The notes: generated from the letters alone by a model not told the origin. A stretch of 64,000 nucleotides of DNA from an uncultured Rivularia sp. (GCA_963665115.1 OY762007.1:2496001-2560000); one strand, 5' to 3'. Counted from the stretch's first letter, positions 1 through 11,499 are shown. Numbers and translations: made by a program.

Positions 1-93
1 AATGCAGTCTGGTAAGGCTCATTAGCTTTAAAATATTCTAAAACTCTCTGATACTTATTATTACTTGCTTGTGGTTCATTTATCGCTGTCGAA

Positions 94-1149
94 TCACTTG
101 TTTCTCTTCGATGTTGTGCTGGGGTCTGGTAATCGAACAAAGTAATCGCACACAGCGGGAAGCAACTTATTAGTTTGATTCTCATAAGCGCATCCAATGA
201 CTATTTTTCCATACTCATGCAGCTTTTTAGCCAAACAAGAAAATCCACCATCACCAGATACAATTGCAAAAACTTCTAACGAAGGTTTGGTGTGAATTAA
301 TTCAACTGCATCAATTACCAATTGAATATCCGCTGCATTTCTATCATTACTGAAGCCAAAAATCTGCATTGGCTCAATACCAAGTTGTTGAATTGATGGT
401 TTTATTCTCTTTAATCTACCATCACTCCAGTCAGCATAAGCGTATTGTCCTGCTATTTGTTTAACTAAATTGTGTCTTTTTATCTTTTGTGTAATATCTT
501 CCAAAGAAAAATCAAATTTAGGATTGCTATTTCCTTCTGTTAAATTTTCGATGTCGTATAGAATTACCGTATTAAAGCTTTGGGATGGCGATTTTATCTC
601 TTGAATTGCCGAAACTATCGGTTGTAAGTCGATTGCTGATGCAGGTTGTTTTGGAGACTCCATTACTTTTAGCAATTGTGCTTTTAATTCGCAAGATTGC
701 TGTTTTTCTTGTTGAAATTCTTCTGTTAAATTATTTATCTGAGCCTGAGCTTGAACGGTATTTTCTTTTAATTCGGTAATCGTTGTTGATAAAACACTTT
801 GACGCTGTTGATAAGCATGAACTAACTTTTGCTGAATACCAGCCCAATCTTGCGAAGAAGCCTCATGAGTAATAACTGCAAGCGCTGATTCATAACCTGC
901 GATCGCAATCTCTAAATTATTCGCATGGTTTCCTTGTTCAAACTTGTCAATTAAGTTACTAAACTTAACAATAAGCCTAGCGATGCTAACAGCTTTAGCT
1001 GGTTGGTTTGCAAATGTTCGGCTTGCGAATTTTCGCAGTTCAGATGCAAAAGTATTATCAAGCTTATCTAAATGCTCTGTTAGAAGCGGATATATATCTT
1101 GATTTTGGCTAACAGGTTTTAAAAAACGGAGTATTAAATCTTGATGCAT
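94..1149 (-). CDS. NYN (LabA/DUF88, PIN-like) domain protein with N-terminal TPR-like helix pair and coiled coil
   Basis: C-terminal motifs YDIEN, AADIQLVIDA, IVSGDGGFS, CDYF; N-terminal NLEIAIAGYESAL...QDWA resembles cyanobacterial TPR repeats. Confidence 0.8.
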   Translation of the reverse strand: MHQDLILRFLKPVSQNQDIYPLLTEHLDKLDNTFASELRKFASRTFANQPAKAVSIARLIVKFSNLIDKFEQGNHANNLEIAIAGYESALAVITHEASSQDWAGIQQKLVHAYQQRQSVLSTTITELKENTVQAQAQINNLTEEFQQEKQQSCELKAQLLKVMESPKQPASAIDLQPIVSAIQEIKSPSQSFNTVILYDIENLTEGNSNPKFDFSLEDITQKIKRHNLVKQIAGQYAYADWSDGRLKRIKPSIQQLGIEPMQIFGFSNDRNAADIQLVIDAVELIHTKPSLEVFAIVSGDGGFSCLAKKLHEYGKIVIGCAYENQTNKLLPAVCDYFVRLPDPSTTSKRNK

Positions 1150-1266
1150 TGCTGTAATCCCGATAATGCAACGATAGATTTAGTTTTCCCAAAATTTAAT
1201 CGCATCTAACAGTAAGCAGTTATCAGTGAACAGTTATCAGTGAACAGTTATCAGTTATCAGTGATT

Positions 1267-1513
1267 CTTGAAATGGGACTGCGAGCATCTTGCTCGCTAC
1301 CACTGATGGAGCTTGAAATGGGACTGCGAGCATCTTGCTCGCTTCCACTGATGGAGCTTGAAATGGTAGTGCGAGCATCTTGCTCGCTACCACTGATGGA
1401 GCTTGAAATGGTAGTGCGAGCATCTTGCTCGCTAGCTACCACCAACAAAGCGAGTGACTGAGTTATTTCATTCAACTGGGCGAGTGACCGAGCGAGCAAG
1501 ATGCTCGCACTAC
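1267..1513. repeat. Four tandem 45-bp units each with the REP-like palindrome GCGAGCATCTTGCTCGC, plus an inverted copy at about 1490-1513
   Basis: cttgaaatgg recurs at 1267, 1312, 1357 and 1402. Confidence 0.9.
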
Positions 1514-1527
1514 TTGTTATTTCACCA

Positions 1528-1567
1528 ACTCCTAACTCCCAACTCCTAACTCCTAACTCCTAACTCA
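1528..1567. repeat. STRR heptamer run (ACTCCTA)n; similar heptamer runs at about 6215, 10750, 16790, 22235, 26410, 49790, 60480 and 63200
   Basis: Directly visible tandem heptamers typical of heterocystous cyanobacteria. Confidence 0.85.
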
Positions 1568-2437
1568 CAACGGTGTCACCCAATAGGTAACTCCCCGAAT
1601 AATTTTCTTCTGAAAACCTAATTGAATTAATTTTTCTGCTGGATAACCGACATAACTCCAATGGGGTACGTCGTATTCTACGGTGCGATACCAACCATTT
1701 TTATTTAATGCTGCTATTTGCTTTTTGCTATTTGCTCTTAAGTCAATTGCTAATCCCCATAAATGTTGTGAAGCTCCTGGTGGTGCGACTGTACCTAAAA
1801 TTCTTGTTTCTTTACCTTTTTTAACTAAGTCTAGTGTTCTGGAATTAGTATATTTTCTCCAAAATCTGGCAGTTGTAGCAAAGTTGCGAATACAGTCGCT
1901 TGCTCCATATCCAGATTTAAGCCGAAATCTTGCTTGACTGCGTGCTTTGTTTAAGGCATCGGCGGCTGATTTTTGTAAATAACAGTTTCTCGTACCTGCT
2001 ACTTTGCCTTTTGTGATGGTGGCTTGAAATTTTTTCGTTTTTCCATCGTTACTAAAGACGACTTGTTTTGGTAGCTTAATTGTTGATTGTAAATTTACAA
2101 ATGGCGCACCGTAAGCACGCAGCAAAATATATTCATAACTTTTGGGTTGAGGAATTTTTGGGAGCTGCGGAGTTAATGCTGCGATAAATCTTTCTTTAGC
2201 AGTTAAAGGCTGAGTTAAAGTCGGTGAAATGGTTGGTTTTGGTAAAGTTATTGGTTTTGGTGGAACAGTACATTCCTTGTTTAACAGTCTATTTACCAAA
2301 CAGTTTTCAACAATTTCAATATCTGAACTTGTCTGGCTATAAGCAACCCGATCGCTAGCAGCTAAAATTACAACTAAATATGTAGCAATTATCAAAATAG
2401 CTACTTTGTTAAATGTTATCTTAAATCTTATTTTCAT
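1565..2437 (-). CDS. D-Ala-D-Ala carboxypeptidase family (M15/VanY-like) exported protein
   Basis: SQHLWGLAIDL (SxHxxGxAxD) motif, downstream PHW, N-terminal hydrophobic segment. Confidence 0.8.
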   Translation of the reverse strand: MKIRFKITFNKVAILIIATYLVVILAASDRVAYSQTSSDIEIVENCLVNRLLNKECTVPPKPITLPKPTISPTLTQPLTAKERFIAALTPQLPKIPQPKSYEYILLRAYGAPFVNLQSTIKLPKQVVFSNDGKTKKFQATITKGKVAGTRNCYLQKSAADALNKARSQARFRLKSGYGASDCIRNFATTARFWRKYTNSRTLDLVKKGKETRILGTVAPPGASQHLWGLAIDLRANSKKQIAALNKNGWYRTVEYDVPHWSYVGYPAEKLIQLGFQKKIIRGVTYWVTPL

Positions 2438-2670
2438 TTATTTTAAAGTAATGCTTGATACTGGAAACGCCTTATTTTATACAATAATTTTCATTTGATA
2501 ATTCAATCAAATATCTTACACATAAGCTGTCGATCGCAACAATAATTTTCTTTTTATAAAAAAATAATAGTTGTTTTGCTGAGTATTTTATCAACACTGT
2601 ACAATCATTAATTGACTGTATCGGTTAAAATTAGATTAATCCTAAATGATGCTGAACTCTAAGTAAGACC

Positions 2671-4587
2671 ATGCACAATTGTGTTGAGTTCCAAGACTCT
2701 TTTGATGTCATAGTTGTAGGTGCAGGTCACTCTGGTTGTGAAGCGGCTTTAGCTACTGCACGATTGGGCTGTCGCACCCTGCTATTAACGCTTAACTTGG
2801 ATAAAATTGCTTGGCAACCGTGTAACCCTGCTGTTGGTGGCCCTGCAAAATCTCAGTTAACCCACGAAGTGGATGCACTCGGTGGGGAAATCGGGAAAAT
2901 GGCAGACCGTACCTACGTGCAAAAACGAATCCTCAATTCTTCGCGAGGTCCGGCTGTATGGGCTTTACGCGCTCAAACTGATAAGCGCGAGTATGCGTTG
3001 GTGATGAAGGAAATTGTTGAGAATCAAGAAAATTTAAGCATCCGTGAAGCGATGGTTACGGATTTGGTTTTGGGCGCGAATGATGATGTAATCGGCGTTC
3101 AAACTTACTTTGATGTGGCTTTTGAATGTAAAGCGGTTGTCCTCACCACTGGTACTTTTTTGGGAGGACGAATTTGGGTTGGTAATAAGTCAATGGCAGC
3201 CGGGAGGGCTGGAGAGTTTGCAGCAGAAGGTTTGACGGAAACTCTACAACGTTTGGGGTTTGAAACAGGTCGTCTCAAAACTGGAACTCCCGCACGAGTA
3301 GACAAGCGCACGGTTGATTACAGTAAAATGACTCCGCAACCGGGTGATGAAGATGTTCGCTGGTTTAGTTTCGATCCGGAAGTTTGGGTGGAAAAGGAAC
3401 AGCTACCTTGTTATATGACGCGCACCACGGCGGAAACTCACCAATTAATCCGCGACAATCTTAATCTTTCTCCGGTTTATGGTGGTTGGGTAGATGCGAA
3501 AGGGCCGCGTTATTGTCCGAGCATTGAAGATAAAATTGTTCGCTTTGCCGATAAGGAAAGTCATCAAATCTTTATTGAACCCGAAGGAAGGAATATTCCC
3601 GAACTTTATATCCAAGGGTTTTCCACAGGTCTGCCTGAAAATTTGCAACTACGTATGTTACGTACTCTTCCGGGTATGGAGAACTGCGTAATGTTACGTC
3701 CTGCCTATGCGGTTGAGTATGATTACTTACCAGCAACTCAGTGTTTTCCCACACTAATGACTAAAAAAATCGCCGGTTTATTTTGTGCGGGACAAGTCAA
3801 CGGTACAACTGGCTACGAAGAAGCCGCAGCTCAAGGAATAGTTGCCGGAATTAATGCTGCAAAATTTGTCCGCAACGAGGAAATGGTTGTTTTCCCCCGC
3901 GAGCAAAGCTATATCGGCACATTAATTGATGATTTATGTACCAAAGATTTGCGCGAACCCTATCGCGTATTAACTAGCAGATCGGAATATCGCTTGCTGC
4001 TGCGCTCCGATAATGCAGATCAAAGATTGACCCCTTTGGGAAGAGAAATTGGTTTGATTGGCGATCGCCGTTGGGGATTATTTAGCAGCAAGCAGGAGAA
4101 TATAACCGCCGAGAAAGAACGGCTGTATGCAACGCGGGTTAAGGAAAATGATGAAGTTGGGAAAGCAATAGTGGCAGACACGAATCAAGTTATCAAAGGT
4201 TCAATTACCCTTGCCGACTTATTACGTCGTCCGAAATTTCATTACGCTGACTTAATTAAACATGGATTGGGAAATGTGGATTTACAACGTGCCGAAAAAG
4301 AAGGTGCAGAAATCGATATAAAATATTCAGGCTATTTAGCCAGACAGCAGAATCAAATCGATCAAGTTGCTCGTCAAGCAAATCGTCCCCTTCCTGGAGA
4401 TTTGGACTATGACTCCATTAATACCCTTTCCAAAGAAGCACGTGAAAAGCTCAACAAGGTAAAACCGCTAACCATCGGACAAGCAGCACGGACGGGTGGA
4501 GTCAATCCCGCCGATGTAAATGCTTTACTTATATATCTAGAATTACGTAAAAACCATAGCCAGACTGAATCCCCAGCCTTAACATGA
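2671..4587 (+). CDS. mnmG: tRNA uridine-5-carboxymethylaminomethyl(34) synthesis enzyme MnmG (GidA)
   Basis: [44 protein letters not shown]. Confidence 0.98.
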   Translation: MHNCVEFQDSFDVIVVGAGHSGCEAALATARLGCRTLLLTLNLDKIAWQPCNPAVGGPAKSQLTHEVDALGGEIGKMADRTYVQKRILNSSRGPAVWALRAQTDKREYALVMKEIVENQENLSIREAMVTDLVLGANDDVIGVQTYFDVAFECKAVVLTTGTFLGGRIWVGNKSMAAGRAGEFAAEGLTETLQRLGFETGRLKTGTPARVDKRTVDYSKMTPQPGDEDVRWFSFDPEVWVEKEQLPCYMTRTTAETHQLIRDNLNLSPVYGGWVDAKGPRYCPSIEDKIVRFADKESHQIFIEPEGRNIPELYIQGFSTGLPENLQLRMLRTLPGMENCVMLRPAYAVEYDYLPATQCFPTLMTKKIAGLFCAGQVNGTTGYEEAAAQGIVAGINAAKFVRNEEMVVFPREQSYIGTLIDDLCTKDLREPYRVLTSRSEYRLLLRSDNADQRLTPLGREIGLIGDRRWGLFSSKQENITAEKERLYATRVKENDEVGKAIVADTNQVIKGSITLADLLRRPKFHYADLIKHGLGNVDLQRAEKEGAEIDIKYSGYLARQQNQIDQVARQANRPLPGDLDYDSINTLSKEAREKLNKVKPLTIGQAARTGGVNPADVNALLIYLELRKNHSQTESPALT

Positions 4588-4875
4588 AGACAATCTTCAT
4601 AAAGCACGAGTATAGTAGTATTTGTATTCAGGAAGACAGGTATGATTAATAACATACGAAAATTGAAAAAATCATTAATACCTCCCTGGTATATGTTGAA
4701 ATAGATACTTAAACTTGATGAACTCTCCGTAACTGTCTCAGTGAGGAGCTGTTCTTTTTATTCACATTTACAACGGCTAATTTAAAAGGGCAATTCCAAA
4801 GGGCAAAGATTTCATAAATCGCCCTTAAGCAGCGAATTAATACCGATTAATACCGATTAATACTTAGAACCCATT

Positions 4876-6214
4876 ATGTCTAAAACAGCTAGTAAAAATC
4901 TCGTAATACCAGAACCCTCCGAAGAGTTAATCGTCAGCGAACCTTGGACGATGGACACTTATGCAGATGGTTTAATGGATGAACTTTTTTCTGATATTGA
5001 CTGCATTCTCGATCGGAAAGGTAATCTGAGCAAGCAAATAGTTCAACCGCAGCAGCAGTTAATCCTTCATCAAGCGACATTACCGCAGGTAGTTCCACCA
5101 CCTACTGTTATCAGTCCCCACCCAGCAAGCCAAACAACGCCAAATTGAAGCTCAACTTGATAGCGTTTTACGTGGTAATGCCCCTAAAACAGCTAAAGTC
5201 AAGAAATCCCATCGAAAAATTTGGCGCAACCTCGGACAAATACTGAAAGTGGGAGCAGGTTTAGGATTGGCGATCGCTGCAATCAACTGGGCAATTAGCA
5301 ACGGCTTTTTGAATCGTCTTACCTCCAAGTCGCTGCAATTTGCTTTGCAGGAACCAGCTTTACAGCAGAAAGTAATAGAAGCGTCAAACTCAGCACCCAC
5401 CCAAGCCCAAATCAGATCGGACTTAGCAGACTATATGCTCGGTGCCCTAGAAATTATTGATAGACAGCAAGACACCCAAGATAGAGCATCCGCGAATAAC
5501 ATCGCTCGCGCAACTCCCGTACCGGCAAATCAAGCAACCTTAGCCTACGCAAATCAACCAGTTGCAAACCTTCCAGCGCCGAAGATTGCCAACAACGCCA
5601 AACCACAAACTCGCAACACCAGAGTTGTAGAAAGAATTTACATACCTGTATATCAAGCTCCGCAGCCAATGCGTTATGCACCTCCAGCAATAGCGCAAGC
5701 ACCAGCACCAACACCTTTACCACCAGTAGAGACAGCATCCAAAGGATCGGCACCAAAACCATCTGAGGGCAAAGCCAGAAAAGCCGCACCCATAAAAGTA
5801 GCTAAAGCTAAAACACCGAAAACAATCAGCGCTTTTGCTTCTGTCAGAGAAATAAAGCCAGTAGCGGTAAAAAACAAACCCGTAAGCGTCAAGCAAGCTC
5901 CCGAAATACCTAAAATGAAAGCGGCAGCACCTATTGCACCAGCACCACAAGTTTCCTCAGCACCAGTTGAAAAGCCAGTTGAAAAAGAGCAAAAAGTAGC
6001 ATCAGTTCCAGTTTCTTCTCACGTATTAGAAGGATTGTTAGAACTAGGAGAACAATCTGCGGCATTATTTAAAGTTAATGGCGTAAGTCGTCGCGTCCAA
6101 AAAGGCGAAAGCATCGGTGCTAGCGGTTGGAAATTAGTAGACGTAGCCAACGGAGAAGCCATCATTCGCCGTAACGGAGAAGTGCGTTCAATTTTCGCAG
6201 GACAGAAATTTTAA
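4876..6214 (+). CDS. Conserved cyanobacterial single-TM, Pro/Ala-rich protein with C-terminal PilP/GspC-like beta domain; frameshifted at the C run near 5116-5119
   Basis: ORFs 4876-5148 and 5249-6214 join in frame if one C is removed; C-terminus LEGLLELGEQSAALFKVNG...GESIGASGW. Confidence 0.65.
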
Positions 6215-6420
6215 TCAATTAACAATTAACAATTAACAATTAACAGGTAGTAATTGATAATTGACTAGATTGATTGTAGGGGTACATTAGGCTGTTATTA
6301 ACAACATATCATCAGGGCACGCTTTTCAAAAGCATCTACGATAACAAATTTTGAATCAGTTAGCAGTTAACAATTGCTGATAGAAATTCATATGCAATAA
6401 ATTAATTTTCTATGTTTTAA

Positions 6421-6477
6421 AGGTTCGTAGTAAGCGCTTTAGCGCCTCATAATTTGGACTAAAGTTCTTACTACTAC
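6421..6477. repeat. Dispersed GTAG-type REP doublet related to the RAYT-flanking arrays
   Basis: aggttcGTAGtaagcgctttagcgcc...ggactaaagttcttaCTAC. Confidence 0.75.
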
Positions 6478-6730
6478 TTGCCCACAATAATTCTGCTGGG
6501 TTCCGGGAGTGCGAGCCGGAAAGCTCGCTGATTGTCACGAGGGAGCGAGACGCTCCCACTACATTTTGATTACCCCGCAAAACTAATGTGGTGAAGTAGT
6601 AGTACTCCACCACGATAATTCTGCTGGGTTCCGGGAGTGCGAGCCGGAAAGCTCGCTGATTGTCACGAGGGAGCGAGACGCTCCCACTACATTTTGATTA
6701 CCCCGCAAAACTAATGTAGTGAACTACTAC
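6475..6730. repeat. Two tandem copies (128-bp period) of an inverted-repeat-bounded element containing GGGAGCGAGACGCTCCC
   Basis: ataattctgctgggttccggg at 6487 and 6615; near-identical inverted copies at 22438-22565 and 22777-22905. Confidence 0.9.
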
Positions 6731-6793
6731 TAACTATTAACCTTCAATTTTCCCACCCAAATCACCACTGCTCAATGATAACTGTTAACTGAT

Positions 6794-8269
6794 TTACTGC
6801 TCTACCCAAACAGAAACAGAACCACCATTACAGCGAAATTCAGCCCAACCCCACTCGTTAGTAGAAACGGGTTCTTTGACGTGTTCGGTTAAGTCATAAA
6901 ATTTGGTATTGGATTTGCCGACTTCCATCCATTTACTTCCCCCCGCACCATTGCTCATAATTACTGCCATTGCTTGAGGATGTTCTTTATTACCTAATCT
7001 TGTCCATCCGATAATGTCCCAATGGTCAAAGTAATTATACTGATAGCCATAGGCAAAATGTTTGCGAGCATAAAGGAATTTATCAATCAGCCACTGATGG
7101 GAAGGTAGATAAATCGGATAACGATTGCCATCCCTGCCATAGTCTTCATATTCCGCACCGTAATAATCGGCATAGAATACACAGGGATAACCTTCTTGAC
7201 GCAGTAAAATTAAAGCATATGCCAAAGGTTTAAACCAAGGTTCCACAGGGGCTTCCAATGCCTGCAACGGTTGTGAATCGTGATTTTCGACAAAAGTAAC
7301 CGCATGAGTGGGACGTTGCTGTACAAAGGTATTATCAAAAATGCGGCGCATATCGTAGCTTTCACCGGATTTACTGGCGTAGTGGAAATTATAGTGCAGT
7401 GGTACGTCGAAAAGCGACATTCTTCCACCCACCGCATCAGCAAACCAGTGCAAAGTATTGATATCGTTATACCAATATTCACCAACTACAAATAAATCTT
7501 TCCCAGCATGACGTTCCATTTCATCCAGCCATATCGGGAAAAACCACGATGAAATGTGTTTGATAGCATCCAAACGAAAACCATTTACACCCGTTGTATC
7601 GAGATACCATTTACCCCAATTAATCGCTTCATCTTGGACTTCCTTGCTTTGAAAATCGCAATCGCTTCCCATTAAATAAGAGAAATTGCCGTTTTCCAAA
7701 GCAACATAATCATCAAACACCTTACCTTCGAGTAGATATATAGTTGAAGAATCTTGAGTATATTCGTCATAATCTACTGCATCAAAATGCCACCAATGCC
7801 ACTCAAACTGAGAATATTTACCTTTTCTACCGGGAAACTTGTAATGGGTATAGCATTTTATATCTCGCATCCCACCTTGAGGATTTAACCTGTCATTTTG
7901 AGAAAAGGGAGTTGCTTTAGCAATTTCTGTATCATCACCACCAATGCGATGATTTAACACTGTATCTGCATAAACTTCAATTCCCGAATTTTGCAACGAT
8001 TTGACAGCATCTACATATTGCTGGCGGGTACCATACTTAGTACGAACAGTTCCTTTTTGTTCAAATTCTCCCAAATCGTACATATCATAAACAGCATATC
8101 CCACATCGTAAGTTCCACCCATTCCCTTATAAGCAGGTGGAAGCCACATAGCCGTAAAACCCGCTTTGGCTAACTCTTTGGCTCCTGTATTTACCTTATC
8201 CCACAGCGTTCCATCACCGGGAATATACCAATGGAAATACTGCATCATCGTACCGTTGATGTTTGACAT
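6794..8269 (-). CDS. amyA: Cytoplasmic alpha-amylase (GH13)
   Basis: GTMMQYFHWY, GFRLDAIKHI, VGEYW, FVENHDSQ catalytic motifs. Confidence 0.95.
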   Translation of the reverse strand: MSNINGTMMQYFHWYIPGDGTLWDKVNTGAKELAKAGFTAMWLPPAYKGMGGTYDVGYAVYDMYDLGEFEQKGTVRTKYGTRQQYVDAVKSLQNSGIEVYADTVLNHRIGGDDTEIAKATPFSQNDRLNPQGGMRDIKCYTHYKFPGRKGKYSQFEWHWWHFDAVDYDEYTQDSSTIYLLEGKVFDDYVALENGNFSYLMGSDCDFQSKEVQDEAINWGKWYLDTTGVNGFRLDAIKHISSWFFPIWLDEMERHAGKDLFVVGEYWYNDINTLHWFADAVGGRMSLFDVPLHYNFHYASKSGESYDMRRIFDNTFVQQRPTHAVTFVENHDSQPLQALEAPVEPWFKPLAYALILLRQEGYPCVFYADYYGAEYEDYGRDGNRYPIYLPSHQWLIDKFLYARKHFAYGYQYNYFDHWDIIGWTRLGNKEHPQAMAVIMSNGAGGSKWMEVGKSNTKFYDLTEHVKEPVSTNEWGWAEFRCNGGSVSVWVEQ

Positions 8270-8538
8270 AAGGGTGCTGCTGATAACTGTACATTAAGCA
8301 CTATAATCTCTTAAAGAGTAATAGGCAAAAATATCATTAACTGATGCAGTTATTTCGGATGAGGAATAGATTGCAGACGCGAAATATCGCGTCTCTACAA
8401 ATATTTAAAATCTAATAAGTAGTTAAGCCTGCATTATTTATATAATTACTATTCAGTTATATAACTGTTCCCTGTTCCCTACTCCCTATTCCCTATCCGA
8501 ACAAAATGTTAAATTAATTTTGCACGAGTACTTATTAT

Positions 8539-8832
8539 CTATTCCCAAGTCGCCACATCTCGAAATACTTGAGGAATTTCTGTCGATTGAGGAAATTCTA
8601 ATATCGTTTCCCTAACACCCAAATATCCCGATTCAGTAAAAGACATTAACATCCTTCCCAAAGCAAACCAAACCTCACTTTCATACTCCCAATCACCATA
8701 ACGCCCTGCTTTTCCCGCAATCGATCGCAATGCCCAAAAATAACTATTTCTCACCACAGAGCCGCCTTTTTTATACTCTGGCACATCTTCGTGGCTTATA
8801 AATATTAAATCGTCTTCAATTCTGGCTTTCAT
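8539..8832 (-). CDS. Conserved cyanobacterial hypothetical protein
   Basis: Protein-like ORF; ATG at 8832 preferred because the upstream extension lies in STRR sequence. Confidence 0.65.
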   Translation of the reverse strand: MKARIEDDLIFISHEDVPEYKKGGSVVRNSYFWALRSIAGKAGRYGDWEYESEVWFALGRMLMSFTESGYLGVRETILEFPQSTEIPQVFRDVATWE

Positions 8833-9131
8833 AAAACAAATTTGGGAATTGGGCATTGAGAATTGGGCGTTGAGCAGTAAGCAGTTAGGTAGGAAGTATT
8901 ATAAGTGCTTAGGCAAAATTAATTATATATTGTCATTGCGTTCACGTTCACGAAGCATTCACCTGTTTCCCGGAGGGGCTCTCGAAGAGTAAGGTGCGGC
9001 TCATCGCAAGGGCTTGAAGTTTTCGGAATGTACAATTAATTTTGCACAACTACTTAAATAAAACAGAGGGTTGGTATTCTCCGCTATATTACTCCCTGGT
9101 TCCCATTACCTATTACCCAATCCCCCATGCC

Positions 9132-10076
9132 CTATCCCCAATGCCCAATCCCCAAATTATCAGCAATTTCCACTTTCGCAGTCATTTGCTTTTGCACGGT
9201 TTCAATTAATTTTATCGTTCTTTGATAAGCTATTGTTTCTTTTCTATTTATAAAATAAGCTGCGGCTGTTTGTAAGTCTTTAATTGCAGCTTGAGAATAA
9301 CCAAGATTATGGTAAGCTACACCTCGATTGACATAAGCGATCGCACTTTTGGGATTAAGCTTAACTACTTCGCTAAAATCACGCAAAGCTCCCCGATTAT
9401 CTTTGTTTCTAGCACAAGCACAACCCCTGTTAAAATAAGCTCTATCGTCTGTTGAATTTAAACGAATTGCTTTTGAAAAATCAAGCAAGGCAGCTTGTAA
9501 ATTTTGCAATTCTAAATTAACTAAACCCCTATCGTTATAAATATCCCCTAACGAAGTTGAGAATTGAGGAGTTTGAGTTAATGCCAGATTATAATCTTGG
9601 ATTGCTTTTTGATGATTCTTCAATGCAGCATTAGCTATACCTCGGTTATAGTATGCTCGGAAATCATAAGGTTTAAGTTTAATAGCTTGGTTATTATCTA
9701 AAATCGCAGCTTGATAATTTCCCAATCTATACTCAGCAAGCCCTCGATTTAAATAAGCTTCAGTATTATCTGTAACAAAATTTAAAGCTGCCGTACAATC
9801 TGTAACTGCATTATGGTATTCTTTTAATTGAAGATAAGCTAAACACCGATTGCTGTAAGCTAAATTAAAATTACTCTTTAACTCAATTGCCTGAGTAAAG
9901 TCTTCAATAGCTTTTCTATACTTACCAAGTTGAATATTTTTTGCTCCCATTTGTAGCAAATCATCTGCTTCAAATTGATTGGAACTTGGTAACGAATGTA
10001 CGGGAGAAATTATAAAAAAGCAGTTAATCGCGACAATAACAATAAAATTAATTGCAAATCGATACCAGCAATTCAT
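9132..10076 (-). CDS. Tetratricopeptide repeat protein with N-terminal signal-like segment
   Basis: Repeated AYxNRG...A..DF..AI.L.P TPR units. Confidence 0.9.
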   Translation of the reverse strand: MNCWYRFAINFIVIVAINCFFIISPVHSLPSSNQFEADDLLQMGAKNIQLGKYRKAIEDFTQAIELKSNFNLAYSNRCLAYLQLKEYHNAVTDCTAALNFVTDNTEAYLNRGLAEYRLGNYQAAILDNNQAIKLKPYDFRAYYNRGIANAALKNHQKAIQDYNLALTQTPQFSTSLGDIYNDRGLVNLELQNLQAALLDFSKAIRLNSTDDRAYFNRGCACARNKDNRGALRDFSEVVKLNPKSAIAYVNRGVAYHNLGYSQAAIKDLQTAAAYFINRKETIAYQRTIKLIETVQKQMTAKVEIADNLGIGHWG

Positions 10077-10320
10077 AAGTAGTATTCCTATATAAAGTTA
10101 ATAGGGAAAGCCGCACCCTAGAAGGGTGAGGCTAAACAAACAAAGCCCAGATGGTGCGTGGGCTATAAGTATATAAATATTCTTAACCTTAACCCACGTT
10201 AGCGTAATGTGCCCGTCAGCAAAGCGTCTCCCTTTGGGAGATAGGGCATAGGTGGGCTTCGTAGTATTAGCCCCAGGCTTAGAGCCTGCGGGCTTTTTTA
10301 GCAAATTACTTTTATCTTTA

Positions 10321-10650
10321 CTACCAACCGGCTTCAGCCTTAGACAAAACGTAAGCAGCTACATCTTGAATTTGTGTATCTTTCAAACGTCCTTTGAAAG
10401 CAGGCATCGCATTTTTACCATTAGTAACCTGAGTTACGATGTCTTCTATCGAATTCATACCATACTTTTCCAAATCCGCCTTACTTAAGCTCTTATTAGC
10501 TTGAACCAAATTTCTACCACCTGCATGGCAAGAAGCGCAATTAGCATTAAATACAGCACCACCAGCAGCTGCATCAGCTAAAGCAGGGCGATTGAAAGCG
10601 AAGCCGAAAATGACCGCGCCTACTAACAATATTGATAAAATCTTCTTCAT
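10321..10650 (-). CDS. petJ: Cytochrome c6
   Basis: Signal peptide ending PALA, CASCH heme motif, GKNAMPAF. Confidence 0.95.
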   Translation of the reverse strand: MKKILSILLVGAVIFGFAFNRPALADAAAGGAVFNANCASCHAGGRNLVQANKSLSKADLEKYGMNSIEDIVTQVTNGKNAMPAFKGRLKDTQIQDVAAYVLSKAEAGW

Positions 10651-10920
10651 TTTGTGTTCTCTCTAGGAATCAAGGATGATTTCGTACAATTCCAACTAAT
10701 ATTTTCTGATTCGTAACTTGGAACGTCAAATGACAAGCTGTCATAGTTGGGCATGGTGCATAGGGCATGGGGCATAGGGCATAGGGCATTGGGGATAGAG
10801 TATGGCAATGTTTAAGTTTTGTGAAGCTATGTGAAGGGGAGGGGGAGATAAAGAGACAAGGGGAAAAATTACTTCCTACTTAATACTCTCAATGCCCCAT
10901 GCCCCATGCCCAATTACCAA

Positions 10921-11418
10921 TTACCGATTACCAACTCCTAACTCTTTCAAACTCTCTCCGGTGACGCGACAAATGCGCCAATCTTCTAAAATGTCTGCTC
11001 CCATGTGGCGGTAAAATGCTTTTGCTGGTTCGTTCCAATTCAAAACGCTCCATTCCAATCTTCCGCAATTTCTTTCAATTGCAATGCTGGCGAGTTTAGT
11101 TAAAAGCGCTTTACCAATACCTTTTTGACGAAATTCTTCTAATACGAATAAATCTTCTAAATAGATTCCCGGTTGGGTCAGAAAGGTTGAATAATTATGA
11201 AAGAATAAGGCAAAACCGGCAGCTTTTCCGCTTGTTTCTGCTAATATTGCCTCGGCATATTTTTTTGAACCAAATAAATGCTCTTTGAGTTGTAAAGCAC
11301 TACCAGTTACCGCATCTGTTAGTTCTTCATATTCTGCCAATCCTTTAATTAATTCAAATAATACGTCGCAATCTTCTGGTTGAGCTAAACGTAAAATTAA
11401 ATCGCTATCAGTCGTCAT
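10921..11418 (-). CDS. GNAT N-acetyltransferase (SSAT-like)
   Basis: IYLEDLFV, RQKGIGKALL, WSVLNWNEPA. Confidence 0.9.
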   Translation of the reverse strand: MTTDSDLILRLAQPEDCDVLFELIKGLAEYEELTDAVTGSALQLKEHLFGSKKYAEAILAETSGKAAGFALFFHNYSTFLTQPGIYLEDLFVLEEFRQKGIGKALLTKLASIAIERNCGRLEWSVLNWNEPAKAFYRHMGADILEDWRICRVTGESLKELGVGNR

Positions 11419-11499
11419 TTAGTTATTTAAAATACGAAGGACGAAGTGTTCAGTATGAAACAAAGACATCTTAAATACTGGGGAACTTTACAAAAGTTT

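Noticed and set aside
1267..1434. Possible CRISPR array
   Set aside because: Units are near-identical along their whole length with no unique spacers, and there are no cas genes; this is a REP tandem repeat
1223..1499. Short ORFs with 15-aa repeats on both strands
   Set aside because: By-product of the 45-bp repeat
6410..6613. ORF similar to 22797-23054 and the antisense ORF 22435-22647
   Set aside because: Translations of the 128-bp repeat element, not a gene family
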